Source: Bdellovibrionales bacterium (lineage in GTDB: Bacteria > Bdellovibrionota > Bdellovibrionia > Bdellovibrionales > JAUICD01). Taken from it: a stretch of 64,000 nucleotides of DNA. A model generated the notes under the pieces. The model made no database searches and was not told the origin of the DNA. It saw nothing but the letters and a program-made list of their open reading frames with translations. A program made the position numbers and the translations under genes. Below, one piece after another: positions 29,718 through 41,910 of this stretch (position 1 is the first letter of the stretch; each line of letters starts with the position of its first letter). The DNA lies in assembly GCA_965203275.1 (NCBI GenBank), contig OZ241865.1, positions 32,001 through 96,000 on the forward strand, given 5' to 3'.

Positions 29718-32700
29718 ATGAGTTTAACACATCTAAGTTTTATTAGCTTGTTCGTCCTGTTAATATCTTGTACAGATGATGTTATAGATAGAAATAAAAG
29801 CTGGGGACCTGCTCGTGGTTTAGAGGTTGTAGGATTAAGTGATGATTCAAAACCTAGGAAATCAAAAACATGGCTTCTTGCTTGTCAAGACGATGGCAAC
29901 TTTGTTAATTGCACTTATCGTTACAAAATCAACAAAAAATCATCACACACCTTTACAAATAAAGATCAATATAAAAAGCAAACAAAAGTGATCAAAGAGG
30001 ATGGAGATGGCCGGTATTATTTACATGTTCAAGCCAAAGCAACAACGCAACTAGCAACACAAACAGCAACACAAAAAGTTTCAAGAGTTAAAAGTGTCTT
30101 TGCTACACTCGATAACACCTCCCCAACTCGCCTGAGATCTTCTCAATTTGAAGCTCCAAAGAATTCCAGTACAAATTCCTTTAAAGTGACTGTGAATAAA
30201 TTAACAGCTAGGCACACTGTCAAAGTATATGTTGCTGGAGGAAGTGGTGGGACCTCTCAACTGATCAATACAAATAAGGCAAATAATAATATCTCTGAAA
30301 ACACAGATATTGAAGACGATGAAGACAACAATAAAGACGACGAAGACAGCAATGACGATAACAACGACAATGACGACAACAACAACAACAATGAAGAAAA
30401 TGCAAAGTTTTGTACTAAAAACAACCAAGTGGGCTTAGGTCAAGTGGGTAGCAATAAAACTTCAGTTAAGATCACAGTTAATGCAAAACCTGGAACCCAC
30501 GACTACTATGCATCTGTAACAGATAGAGCCGGTAACACTAGTGGCTGTGTGCAGGCCTTCCGCCACACAAACACAAACACGAATAACAGAGACTCTGTTG
30601 CATCTTGTCCGTCAACTCAACCATCCCCGCACTGGCAATTTGTTAAGGGAAAATGCCGTCCATCTTGTGGTCATGCAGCCACACAGGCAGGTTATGGGGG
30701 CAGTGGAGCAGATAAAAAGGCAAATACCCAAGATGATCTCTTTACTTATGATTCTAAAGCGACTTCTTGTAAAAGTTTAAACAAATGGGGACATGATGAT
30801 TGGATAGAATTTAGTTTTCAAAATGCAGGAGAGAAAATAAATAGCCGTGAATCTATTATAGTCGCAAAATATGGAGGTGTTTGTTGTGGACGAGGGACTC
30901 CTATCAATCCTGTCACTCCCCCTACTGTGACTGGTCTTGAGGATAATAATAAAGTCACTGCTCCAGCCTCTTTCAGATGGAGTTGTGATAAGAATGGCTG
31001 TCAGTATCGTTATGCTATCACTACATCTCGCAGGCATATATTTCAAGTGGCAGCTTTTACTGGTATAAATAAAATAATAAAAAAGAGCATAAGCCCCGGA
31101 ACTGTTTATTATCTTCATGTCCAAGCAGCCTTTGAGGATAGGCTCTCTGCCATTAAGACAGTCCGTTTTGCATCCCATAATTTGTCTACGGGTAAGGGTA
31201 CAGGCATCCCCAGAATTGCTTTAAAAACTCCTTTAGCTAATATGAGCCATAATTATTTACATGACAAACCGACCTTTATAATAAGCTATGTTGCTCAGGG
31301 TGACAAAGTCACTTTGTATCGAAGATCCAATACAGAAAAATGCTCAGGGGCAAGTTGTTGCACCACTGCCCATAGAGGTATTAAAGTAGCTTCTAAGGTA
31401 TGCCCTTCAGGAGAGTGTACTCTTTCAGCAAGCTTGCCCTCTATTAAAGACAGGTACAGGGATTCTTATAAATTCTATGTTAAAAGAGAGTATAAAAATG
31501 CACAAACACGCAATCGCTTGACTTCTTTATGCAGTAGCCAGTCTGATTCCAGTGAGTCAAAAAATACAAAAAATACACAAAATACAACTACTAAGAAGTT
31601 TGTTATTTATAATCGTTGGGTTTATAAGCCTCTTTCTATGGCTGAGCAATATGGGTGCTTTTTATCTAAGACAGGTCAGATCAAATGCTGGGGTCCTGAC
31701 GCTTTTAGTGGAGTCAATCAGTGCTTACCACCTGGAGGTCAGTTTGAAGATACAAATCGTATTGCTACTTTTGATCCTGAAAAATTCTCACAAAATGTTG
31801 ATTTAGGGTGCAGGGATGGTTCTAAATCATGTGCATCACATGAAAAATACACTGCACTAGCTTTATCTGTCTCTGGTTTAAAACATAAACCTTTTAGTTT
31901 TTGTAAAGTTTGTTCTAATAATAATTGTGTTCGCGGACAGCACCCTTATTGTGATGTGGGTAGAACCAATGACAGACATACAGATGGTCGCAGTCTTCCT
32001 ATCACAAAACATATTTGTGCTATCTTAGATGATCAAAAGATCAAATGTTGGGGGCAAAATAATTTTGGTCAATTAGGTCAGGGTGTTGCAGGTAGCGGTT
32101 TTGTGAGTGCTTCAAATCTAAGGCCTATCAACTTAGGGAGTGGCTTAAAAGCAAAAGCTATCGTCACAGGGCTTTATCATAGCTGTGTGATTTTAGAAGA
32201 TGCAAACAATAAACATGATGATCAGGTCAAATGCTGGGGGTACAATCAAGATGGTCAGTTAGGGCAAGGGCATAAATGTCATTTAGGTATGACAGGTGCG
32301 AATTATCCTATAAGTCATTCTTGCAATTCTACCAATGCTGTTATTGATCGTGATGTGAAAGATACACCTCCTATCAACTTAAGTGTAGGAAATATCAAAT
32401 TAACTGTAAAAGCTATTTCAGCAAAAGCAGCCCATACCTGTGCTGTTGTAGATCATAAAAACGGCAACCTTCATGATAATAAGGTGAAATGTTGGGGTTA
32501 CAATGGTCATAAGCAATATGGTGATTATGCCAATAACCATATAGGTGATGCTACGGGTGAATTAAATGCTAGCAGTAGCAGTGGTGATGGTTATTTCTTT
32601 CATAATGGGATAAAGGTAAAGGCTCTTTCTGCGGGGTTATATGATACCTGTGTGATCCGAGATGATTCAAATGACGATACAATTATTTGTCGAGGAAGGG

Positions 32701-33074
32701 GCTTATATACTGGTATAGATGCAAGCCATGCTGTCAATCGTGGCATCCGCATATTTGGTAGCCGTCCTCACGAGATTAGCTTTACTTTTAATAAAAAACC
32801 TCTATCCATTGCGGTAGGAGAATATATTGGTTGTGCAACCTTAAATGATGGAACAGTCAATTGCTTTGGCAATCATAATTTTGGTGATGCAAGTGTTTTT
32901 GGAGATTTAGGGATCAATCATTTAAACTCTCAAAAAGTGATCCATTTTGATACAGGATCGTCAAGCCATTGTGCTTATTTAAGTAATGGCAGAGTCAAAT
33001 GTTGGGGGAAAATGCTAACTGCATCTTCAGAAAACACTCCTTCTCGTCCATATATTTGTTCTCGTAATCGTTGA
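29718..33074 (+). CDS. Large lipoprotein with Ig-like YYLHVQA modules, Asn/Asp tract and RCC1-like repeats
   Basis: LLISC lipobox; HICAILDDQKIKCWGQNNFGQLG-type RCC1 repeats. Confidence 0.88.
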   Translation: MSLTHLSFISLFVLLISCTDDVIDRNKSWGPARGLEVVGLSDDSKPRKSKTWLLACQDDGNFVNCTYRYKINKKSSHTFTNKDQYKKQTKVIKEDGDGRYYLHVQAKATTQLATQTATQKVSRVKSVFATLDNTSPTRLRSSQFEAPKNSSTNSFKVTVNKLTARHTVKVYVAGGSGGTSQLINTNKANNNISENTDIEDDEDNNKDDEDSNDDNNDNDDNNNNNEENAKFCTKNNQVGLGQVGSNKTSVKITVNAKPGTHDYYASVTDRAGNTSGCVQAFRHTNTNTNNRDSVASCPSTQPSPHWQFVKGKCRPSCGHAATQAGYGGSGADKKANTQDDLFTYDSKATSCKSLNKWGHDDWIEFSFQNAGEKINSRESIIVAKYGGVCCGRGTPINPVTPPTVTGLEDNNKVTAPASFRWSCDKNGCQYRYAITTSRRHIFQVAAFTGINKIIKKSISPGTVYYLHVQAAFEDRLSAIKTVRFASHNLSTGKGTGIPRIALKTPLANMSHNYLHDKPTFIISYVAQGDKVTLYRRSNTEKCSGASCCTTAHRGIKVASKVCPSGECTLSASLPSIKDRYRDSYKFYVKREYKNAQTRNRLTSLCSSQSDSSESKNTKNTQNTTTKKFVIYNRWVYKPLSMAEQYGCFLSKTGQIKCWGPDAFSGVNQCLPPGGQFEDTNRIATFDPEKFSQNVDLGCRDGSKSCASHEKYTALALSVSGLKHKPFSFCKVCSNNNCVRGQHPYCDVGRTNDRHTDGRSLPITKHICAILDDQKIKCWGQNNFGQLGQGVAGSGFVSASNLRPINLGSGLKAKAIVTGLYHSCVILEDANNKHDDQVKCWGYNQDGQLGQGHKCHLGMTGANYPISHSCNSTNAVIDRDVKDTPPINLSVGNIKLTVKAISAKAAHTCAVVDHKNGNLHDNKVKCWGYNGHKQYGDYANNHIGDATGELNASSSSGDGYFFHNGIKVKALSAGLYDTCVIRDDSNDDTIICRGRGLYTGIDASHAVNRGIRIFGSRPHEISFTFNKKPLSIAVGEYIGCATLNDGTVNCFGNHNFGDASVFGDLGINHLNSQKVIHFDTGSSSHCAYLSNGRVKCWGKMLTASSENTPSRPYICSRNR

Positions 33075-33250
33075 TCAAACTGGCTTTGTAGCTAGGTATT
33101 TATGGATTATAGGATGTATTTTTACTAGACTTTGTCTCAAATAGAGACGAGTTTTTAAAAATTTAAAAAATAATTAATTATTTAAAAATAAGCAGCCGAT
33201 ATAATTATAGAGTAAAGAATGAATATCATTCATTTAATAAAAAAGGTGTT

Positions 33251-36200
33251 ATGATGAATTATCAGTTTCGTTTTATTTATTGTGCAGTTTTACTATCATT
33301 GTCTTTCTTTTTGATGTCTTGCAATAAGGATGAAAGGAGAAACCCAGCTGGACTACCTACGACTTCGCCCACTCCTTCTAAATCCGCATCCCCTACTCCT
33401 TCTGCGTCCCCATCTCCTACTCCTTTTGTAGAGACGGCATGTCCGTCTATTAAGCCACCTCACTGGAAATTTGTCAAAGGAAAATGTCGTCCGTCATGTG
33501 GATATGCAGCATCTCAGGCGGGTTATGGAGGTTCTGGTTCGGATAAAAAATCAGGGACATCTGATGATCCTCATATTTTTACTTCTAAGGCATCTTCTTG
33601 TGGTAGGTTAAATGTTTTAGGACATAATGATTGGCGGGAGTTTGAATTTAAAGATGCAGGTAAGACCATTACCAGTAACGATGCTCATGAAGTAGCTAAT
33701 AAGAAAGGTAGTGTATGTTGCGGGCGTGGCAGTGCTAAAAATCCTATACCTCCTCCTGAGGTGACAGGTTTATCGAATGATAATACAGAGAGGTTATCGA
33801 AGCAATTCAGTTGGGGATGTCAGCGCAATAACAAGACAGAGAATTGTAAATATCGCTCTATCATAAACACATTTTCTAAGCATACATTTCGTTCAAGTGT
33901 TTCTTATACGAATAAAAAAACAGTTACACAATCATCTGTCAGCAAGAAGACAACTTATTATTTGCATGTTCAAGCAGCCTTTGGTAGGAGGGAGTCTGCT
34001 GTCAAATCAGTAAGTTTTAAATTAAAACCAAGGCCTACACCTCGGCCTAGCCCTATTTTACCTACGCCAAAGGTAACAGGGTTAGAAAGCGATACATCAC
34101 CTGCAAGATCGAAAAGCTGGGAGTGGAGCTGTAGTACAGAGGGAACATATCCTTGTGAATATCGCCATGTAATTAATCAACGTGCTACACACAAGTTTGA
34201 TAGCAAGGCAACTTATTCTTCAAAGAATACAGCAAGTACAAGTGGCAAAAGTGATGGTCGCTGGTATTTACATGTTCAGGCTAAGAATGCAGGTGCTATT
34301 TCAGCAGTCAAGTCTGTTTTTGTGAGGATAGATAGAACAAAACCAAAGACTCCCAATAAAAACTCTATGATCTATGATGCTTCTAATACCCATCAGATCA
34401 CAGTGACATTTAGAGATTTTGTGCAAGGAGAGCGTGTTCGTTTATATAATGTATCGAATTGCAAGAGTAGCTCTTTGGGAGTTGCCACAGTGGGAGATAA
34501 TGGTGAAGGTGTGATCACCTTTACAGCAGATTCAACGCTTCAAAATTATTATGCTCAGGTCACAGATCAGGCAGGCAATGTCAGTGGCTGTGGACTTATA
34601 TTTGCTTATCCTGTAACAGGGACTGCTATTTTGCCAGAAGTTACAGGTCTCACAAATGATGACACACCTCAAAGAATTAAAAGATGGAGATGGGGTTGTA
34701 GTACCCAGCAGTGTGAATATCGCTATGTGATTAACCAACGTGCTAGACACACATTTAGAAGTGGAGATAATTATCGTATAAATGATGAGGCTTCCACAGG
34801 TACAAGCCATGCTACTGGCAAATGGTATGTCCATGTACAGGCTAAAAATGCAGCTGGAGAATCAGGAGTGAAATCTGTATATGCAAGGATAGACAGAACT
34901 CCGCCTAGGGTACCTAGTGCAGATTCAACAGTGTATCAAGTGGATGATGATGATGATGAGATCATTATTACTTTTTCAGACCTTGAAGCTGGGGATAGGG
35001 TGCAGGTTTATACAATGAGCAATGGCCGACAGGGTACTCTTAAAGGCACAGCTACAGTAGCCAGTAGCCAGACATCTGTCAATGTAGAGATCACCCCTGA
35101 GTCAACTGAAACTGATTATTGTGCAAGGGTAACTGACAGGGCTAAAAATACCAGCACTTGTGGGTTTATATTGACTTACCCTGTTTTAAATCCACGACTT
35201 GTTTTAAAAACTCCCGTGCCGAACACATTGAACAACTACTTACATGATAGACCAGAGTTTACTGTGGAAAAAGCAAGGAATAGTAAAGTTTATCTTTATA
35301 GGGTCAATGGTGATGATGAAGATATATGTAGTGGGGAGAATTGCTGTAATCCGGCTAGGGATAGTGATGTCGTGCTTGTAGGTCAGACCAGTGGTAACTG
35401 TGCTGCAAGTGCATGTACAGTTAAGGTGGCAGCAAATAAAAAATTAGCTTATCCTGGTAACTATGAGATAGATAAAAAATCTTATACATTCTTTGTCAGA
35501 AAAGAATATCAAGGTGCAAATAATGCTTTGCAAAGCAAATGCTCTCGATTAGAAAATGACAACGAAGGCTCCGCTGAAGCAAAAAAACAAAAAGCTGTTT
35601 ATCATTTATGGCCTTATAAGGCATTATCTGTAGGTCATAAGAATAGGGCTTGTTATTTGTCTAAATTAGGTGAAGTGAAATGTTGGGGAGAGCAAAAGGA
35701 AAATACACCTTCGTATTTTCAGCAGTGCTTACCTTCTGGAGGGGAGTTTGAAGAAGCAGCTATTGCAGGAAACGGTGATGTGTTTGCAGCTTTTAATCCT
35801 ATGGAATTTGCTAACTCTGTCAATTTAGGTTGTAGAAGTGGTAGCGGTTCAAATTGTCCAAAATATACAGCCCTTGCAGTTTCCCTTAGTTATGCTGGAG
35901 GCTTTAGTGATGAGTATCATACTTGTGCTATTTTAGATAATCAAAAAGTCAAATGTTGGGGGAAGAATTCTAAAGGCCAATTAGGGCAAGGCAGTAGTGT
36001 TGACGCAGATGGCAATAATGATCCCTCTACCCTCGCACCACTTAAGTTAAAAAAGGTAAAGGCTATTTCAGCAGGTGGTCTAGCTCATAGTTGTGTGATT
36101 TTAGATACCCCTAGTGATAGTGGCAATGATGAGAGAGTGAAATGTTGGGGAAATAATGATGATGGGCAATTAGGGATAAATAGTACAATTAAAATAGGAG

Positions 36201-36955
36201 ATGATGAAGCATTAGATCACGCACGAGCCATCACTGTTCCTGGCTTAGATGGTAATAGGGTCAAAGCTATTTCAGCAGGTCATAATCACACCTGTGCAAT
36301 TCTGAAAGCTAGCACACATAATGGAAAAGTTATATGCTGGGGAGAGAATGATGATAAACAATTAGGTACAAACAATAACGTGAATTATGGCAACGGTGGT
36401 AACGATGCGAATGTGGCCAATGCCTCCCCTTTTGATCATTTCGGCGACCCCGCTCGTACTACAAAAGCCAAATATGTTGCAACAGGATATGCCCGTACAT
36501 GTATTATTGAAGATACTCCTGATTCAAAAGTGATCTGTATATCAGCAGAACGTCGTTTTAATGCTTTTGAGCGTGATACTGGTTTTGAATCTAATCCTGT
36601 AGTTGACTTTTCAAACTCAGACACTGATGAAAGACAAGTTTTTAAGTATACAAGTGATAATTCTAAAAAAGCAACAAGAATATATCCTATGGATTATAGT
36701 ATTTGTGCTTTATTAGATAGCGGTGAAGTCAACTGTGATCAGAGCGGTACTCAGGTTTGGGGACATCATTTGAATGCAGATTTATATTCTGGGATATTAG
36801 GTAGTAACAAAGTTCAATCTATGGATGTAGGAGGCGATGATATGTGTGCTTATTTAGATAATGGTCAAGTCAAATGCTGGGGTCGTGAAGATAATAATGA
36901 TAATGATGATGATAGACCTCTTATGTGCGAGCATGACGCTCCAACCTCAACATAA
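33251..36955 (+). CDS. Paralogous lipoprotein with Ig-like modules and RCC1-like repeats
   Basis: FLMSC lipobox; Pro/Ser/Thr linker; three V.GL..D...W.C...C.YR...YYLHVQA modules; HTCAILDNQKVKCWG repeats. Confidence 0.88.
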   Translation: MMNYQFRFIYCAVLLSLSFFLMSCNKDERRNPAGLPTTSPTPSKSASPTPSASPSPTPFVETACPSIKPPHWKFVKGKCRPSCGYAASQAGYGGSGSDKKSGTSDDPHIFTSKASSCGRLNVLGHNDWREFEFKDAGKTITSNDAHEVANKKGSVCCGRGSAKNPIPPPEVTGLSNDNTERLSKQFSWGCQRNNKTENCKYRSIINTFSKHTFRSSVSYTNKKTVTQSSVSKKTTYYLHVQAAFGRRESAVKSVSFKLKPRPTPRPSPILPTPKVTGLESDTSPARSKSWEWSCSTEGTYPCEYRHVINQRATHKFDSKATYSSKNTASTSGKSDGRWYLHVQAKNAGAISAVKSVFVRIDRTKPKTPNKNSMIYDASNTHQITVTFRDFVQGERVRLYNVSNCKSSSLGVATVGDNGEGVITFTADSTLQNYYAQVTDQAGNVSGCGLIFAYPVTGTAILPEVTGLTNDDTPQRIKRWRWGCSTQQCEYRYVINQRARHTFRSGDNYRINDEASTGTSHATGKWYVHVQAKNAAGESGVKSVYARIDRTPPRVPSADSTVYQVDDDDDEIIITFSDLEAGDRVQVYTMSNGRQGTLKGTATVASSQTSVNVEITPESTETDYCARVTDRAKNTSTCGFILTYPVLNPRLVLKTPVPNTLNNYLHDRPEFTVEKARNSKVYLYRVNGDDEDICSGENCCNPARDSDVVLVGQTSGNCAASACTVKVAANKKLAYPGNYEIDKKSYTFFVRKEYQGANNALQSKCSRLENDNEGSAEAKKQKAVYHLWPYKALSVGHKNRACYLSKLGEVKCWGEQKENTPSYFQQCLPSGGEFEEAAIAGNGDVFAAFNPMEFANSVNLGCRSGSGSNCPKYTALAVSLSYAGGFSDEYHTCAILDNQKVKCWGKNSKGQLGQGSSVDADGNNDPSTLAPLKLKKVKAISAGGLAHSCVILDTPSDSGNDERVKCWGNNDDGQLGINSTIKIGDDEALDHARAITVPGLDGNRVKAISAGHNHTCAILKASTHNGKVICWGENDDKQLGTNNNVNYGNGGNDANVANASPFDHFGDPARTTKAKYVATGYARTCIIEDTPDSKVICISAERRFNAFERDTGFESNPVVDFSNSDTDERQVFKYTSDNSKKATRIYPMDYSICALLDSGEVNCDQSGTQVWGHHLNADLYSGILGSNKVQSMDVGGDDMCAYLDNGQVKCWGREDNNDNDDDRPLMCEHDAPTST

Positions 36956-37027
36956 TAACCCTTACTCCCTTTTCCATAAATTCGCATCACCACTACTATC
37001 TCCAAAACATTTCCCCTTTTCCACAAA

Positions 37028-37628
37028 CATCCGGCAATCGGGGCAACGCATCAGATCCTGGGATGCCTGCTTGCCGGATCCCAGATAAATACCTTGTTAA
37101 GGAAACAGAGTTTCTTTTTTTTTCACTAAAAGTGGTCAAGCTTTCTAGGCAATGACCATTTTGCCAATGGCAAAAAAACATCTTGTTTCCTTAACATGTA
37201 GTCAAAAAACGAAGAGATCCTCCTTACTCAAAGTGAACAGGCTTTTGAGACGATGACCATTTTGTCAAAGGCGAAAGCCTTTGCGGTCATCGTCCAAAAG
37301 TGGCCAGAGGCCAGTTCACTTTGAGGGAAACAGAGGCTAGTTTACTTTTAGTGCAAATCAAATGAGGTGATGACCATTTTATCGACGTGAAATAAACATC
37401 TTGTTTCCCTAACATCGTCTTCATCCGGGATCCGGGATCCGGCAGTCAGGCAGTCCGGCATCAGTGAAGCAAACGTCTTGTTTCCTTAACATGGTGTTAA
37501 AAAACGAGGATATCCTCCCCTACTCAAAATGAGCAGTTTTTTGCGGCATTGCTCTTTTTAGACAGCGTAAGCTGTCAGAGCAATGCCCAAAAACACACCA
37601 GAGGTGTGGCTCATTTTGAGTGAGACAG
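37028..37628. repeat. Cluster of structured elements plus heptamers
   Basis: Complete unit ~37480-37626. Confidence 0.9.
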
Positions 37629-37641
37629 AATCTAATGATGT

Positions 37642-38761
37642 TTAAGTCTTTGTTATTTTGAGGATCTCTTCTTGAGAAAGTCCAGAACATTTCATAATAG
37701 TTTGTAAGTCTATTTTATTTTTGATCATATTTAAAATAAGATCTCTTTGCCCTTCCTGTCGCCCTTCCTGTCGCCCTTTTTGCAACCCTTCTTGTAAGCC
37801 CTTTTGCAATCCTTCCTGTCGCCCTTCTTGCAGGCCTTTTTGTCGGGCATGATTTTGAATAATCTCACTAAATTTTAACATAACATCTCCTTGCCTTTGT
37901 TTTATTTCTTCCCCTACTTCTTCCATTGTTTTGATTAAAAGCTTTTCTGCCATGTTTCCATCGTATGTGCAGAAATACCTTACCAAATCATTTGTCATCT
38001 CTATTATATCTAACTTATCACCACTTTCATAGTCCTTTTCATTAATAATATCATCTTTTTGTAATCTACCCACTTCTCTTTCGACAATTAAAATATTTTC
38101 CCTTATTTGTTTCACTAAAAGTAAACTAGCCTCTGGCTACTTTTGGGCATTGCTCTGACAGCTGTCGCTGTCCAAAAAGAGCAATGCCTCAAAAGTTCGT
38201 TTACTTTTAGTAAAGAGGATCTCCTTGCTTCTTAACACCATGTTAAGGAAAAAGAGTTTCATTTGTAAACCCGCTTGCTCTTGAGGTAATAAAAAAACTT
38301 TTTCCTTAACATGCTGTAAAGGAATAAAAGGATCCTCTCTACTCAAAATGAACAAGCTTTTGAGGTAGCTAGCCTTTTACGACGGCGGTAGCCGTCGGGC
38401 TAGCTACCCAAAAGTGGCCAGAGGCCAGTTCATTTTGAGTGAAAGAATAAAACAAGAATGAACGGATTGTACTTTGATGCTCTATGTTGAAAACAAGCTT
38501 TACAATCAAGTGAGAATTCTTCAATTTAACCGCAACAACTAGGTCACAAAGACCTTTCATATATCCAGAAAACTCTCCTTTTTCTATTGTGAGCGTTTTT
38601 AAATCTATGATGTTTAAGAGTTTCGAAGGCAATGTGATTTCAAGAAAGGCCATCGCAATAATTTTTTTTGAAAAAAGCCGTTGAAAAGCAATGTTATGAG
38701 GATGGGCTTTTGAAGAAGTGTCCTGTTGCATTTGTTTGATCTGCTTTGATTTTGATGGCAT
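37642..38761 (-). pseudogene. Rpn/YhgA-like (PD-(D/E)XK) protein split by repeat-element insertion
   Basis: N-part PHNIAFQRLFS...CDLV...IEHQS; C-part GLQEGRQEGLQKG...MIKNKIDLQTIMKCSGLSQEEI; interrupted at ~38109-38444. Confidence 0.8.
38109..38444. mobile_element. Head-to-head pair of structured elements inside the rpn gene
   Basis: Bounded by TTTCACT...AGTGAAA with the central spacer gagtttcatttgtaaacccgcttgctc also seen at ~4260, ~7985 (rc), ~54555 (rc). Confidence 0.8.
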
Positions 38762-38876
38762 GACTGCTCCTTATTGTTCCTTTAGGTTCACTTGAAATTG
38801 CATGTCTCTTATTAACTACATGAATTTTAAAACTATATCTTTGTTTGTTCTCGACTGCAAGCAAGAACATTCGGTT

Positions 38877-39373
38877 TGTTTCATTAAAAGTGGGCTGTTT
38901 CACTAAAAGTGGGCTGTTTCACTAAAAGTGGGCTGTTTCACTCAAAATGAGCCACACCTCTGGTGTGTTTTTTGGTGTTGCCTGCAAAGGCTTTCGCCTT
39001 TGACAAAATAGGCAACACCTAAAAAATCCGCTCATTTTGAGTAGGGAAGGATCTCCTTGCTTTTAACACAATGTTAAGGAAACAAGATATTCGCTTCATC
39101 CTTGCCTGTCTGCTTGATGCCGGGTTGCCGGATCCCGGATCCCGGATAAACACGATGTTAAGGAAACAAGCTATTTATATTTATTTCACTCCCGGGATCC
39201 GGGATCAGGCAATCTGACATCCCGGGATCCCGGAACTGATGCCGGGTTGCCGGATCCCGGATCCCGGATAAACAGGATGTTAAGGAAACAAGATTTCCTT
39301 CTGATGTTTGCTCTGACAGCTATCGCTGTCTAAAAAGAGCAATGTCGCAAAAAACTGCTCATTTTGAGTGAAA
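38877..39373. repeat. Cluster of structured elements, 3 tandem terminus fragments and heptamers
   Basis: (tttcactaaaagtgggctg)x3 at 38879-38937. Confidence 0.9.
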
Positions 39374-39417
39374 AAGAATAAAATAGATCTTTTTTGATGC
39401 TTTTTGGATGTACTTAG

Positions 39418-41103
<1,686 letters not shown>

Positions 41104-41108
41104 TGTTC

Positions 41109-41910
41109 ATCCGGGATCTGGGATCCCGGACTGCCTGCTTGCCCGATCCCGGATCCCGGGAGCAAATGTTTTGTTTCCTTAACATGTAGTCAAAAAACGA
41201 AGATATCCTCTCTACTAAAAGTGGTCAAGCTTTCTAGGCGATGACCATTTTATCGACGTGAAGTAAGCATCTTGTTTCCTTAACATCGTGTCAAGAGACG
41301 AGAGGATCCTTTCTACTAAAAATAAACGGATTTTTGAGGCATTGCTCTTTTTGGACAGCGTATAGCTGTCAGAGCAATGCCCAAAAACAGCCAGAGGCTG
41401 GTTTATTTTTAGTGAAACAGAATCTAAAAGAAAATAAAAAAAAACAAAAAAATGAACTCACTCTGGGATCCGGGATCCGGGATCCGGCAGTCAGGCAGAG
41501 ATGAAGCAAACGTCTTTTTTCCTTAACATGGTGTTAAAAAACGAGGAGATCCTCCCTACTCAAAATAAATGGATTTTCTAGGCAGTTAGCCTTTGATCGA
41601 CGACGACAGTCGTCGGGCTAACTGCCAGAAAACATGCCAGAGGCATGATGCATTTTGAGTGAAACAAACCCTTAACATGTGGTTAAGGGACGAAGGGATC
41701 CTTCCTACTAAAAGTGGTCAGGCTTTCTAGGTGATGACCATTTTATCGACGTGAAGTAAGCATCTTGTTTCCTTAACATCGTGTCAAGAGACGAGAGGAT
41801 CCTTTCTACTAAAAATAAACGGATTTTTGAGGCATTGCTCTTTTTGGACAGCGTATAGCTGTCAGAGCAATGCCCAAAAACAGCCAGAGGCTGGTTTATT
41901 TTTAGTGAAA
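41109..41910. repeat. Cluster of structured elements plus heptamers
   Basis: ~200-bp block at ~41214-41417 is repeated at ~41707-41910. Confidence 0.9.
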
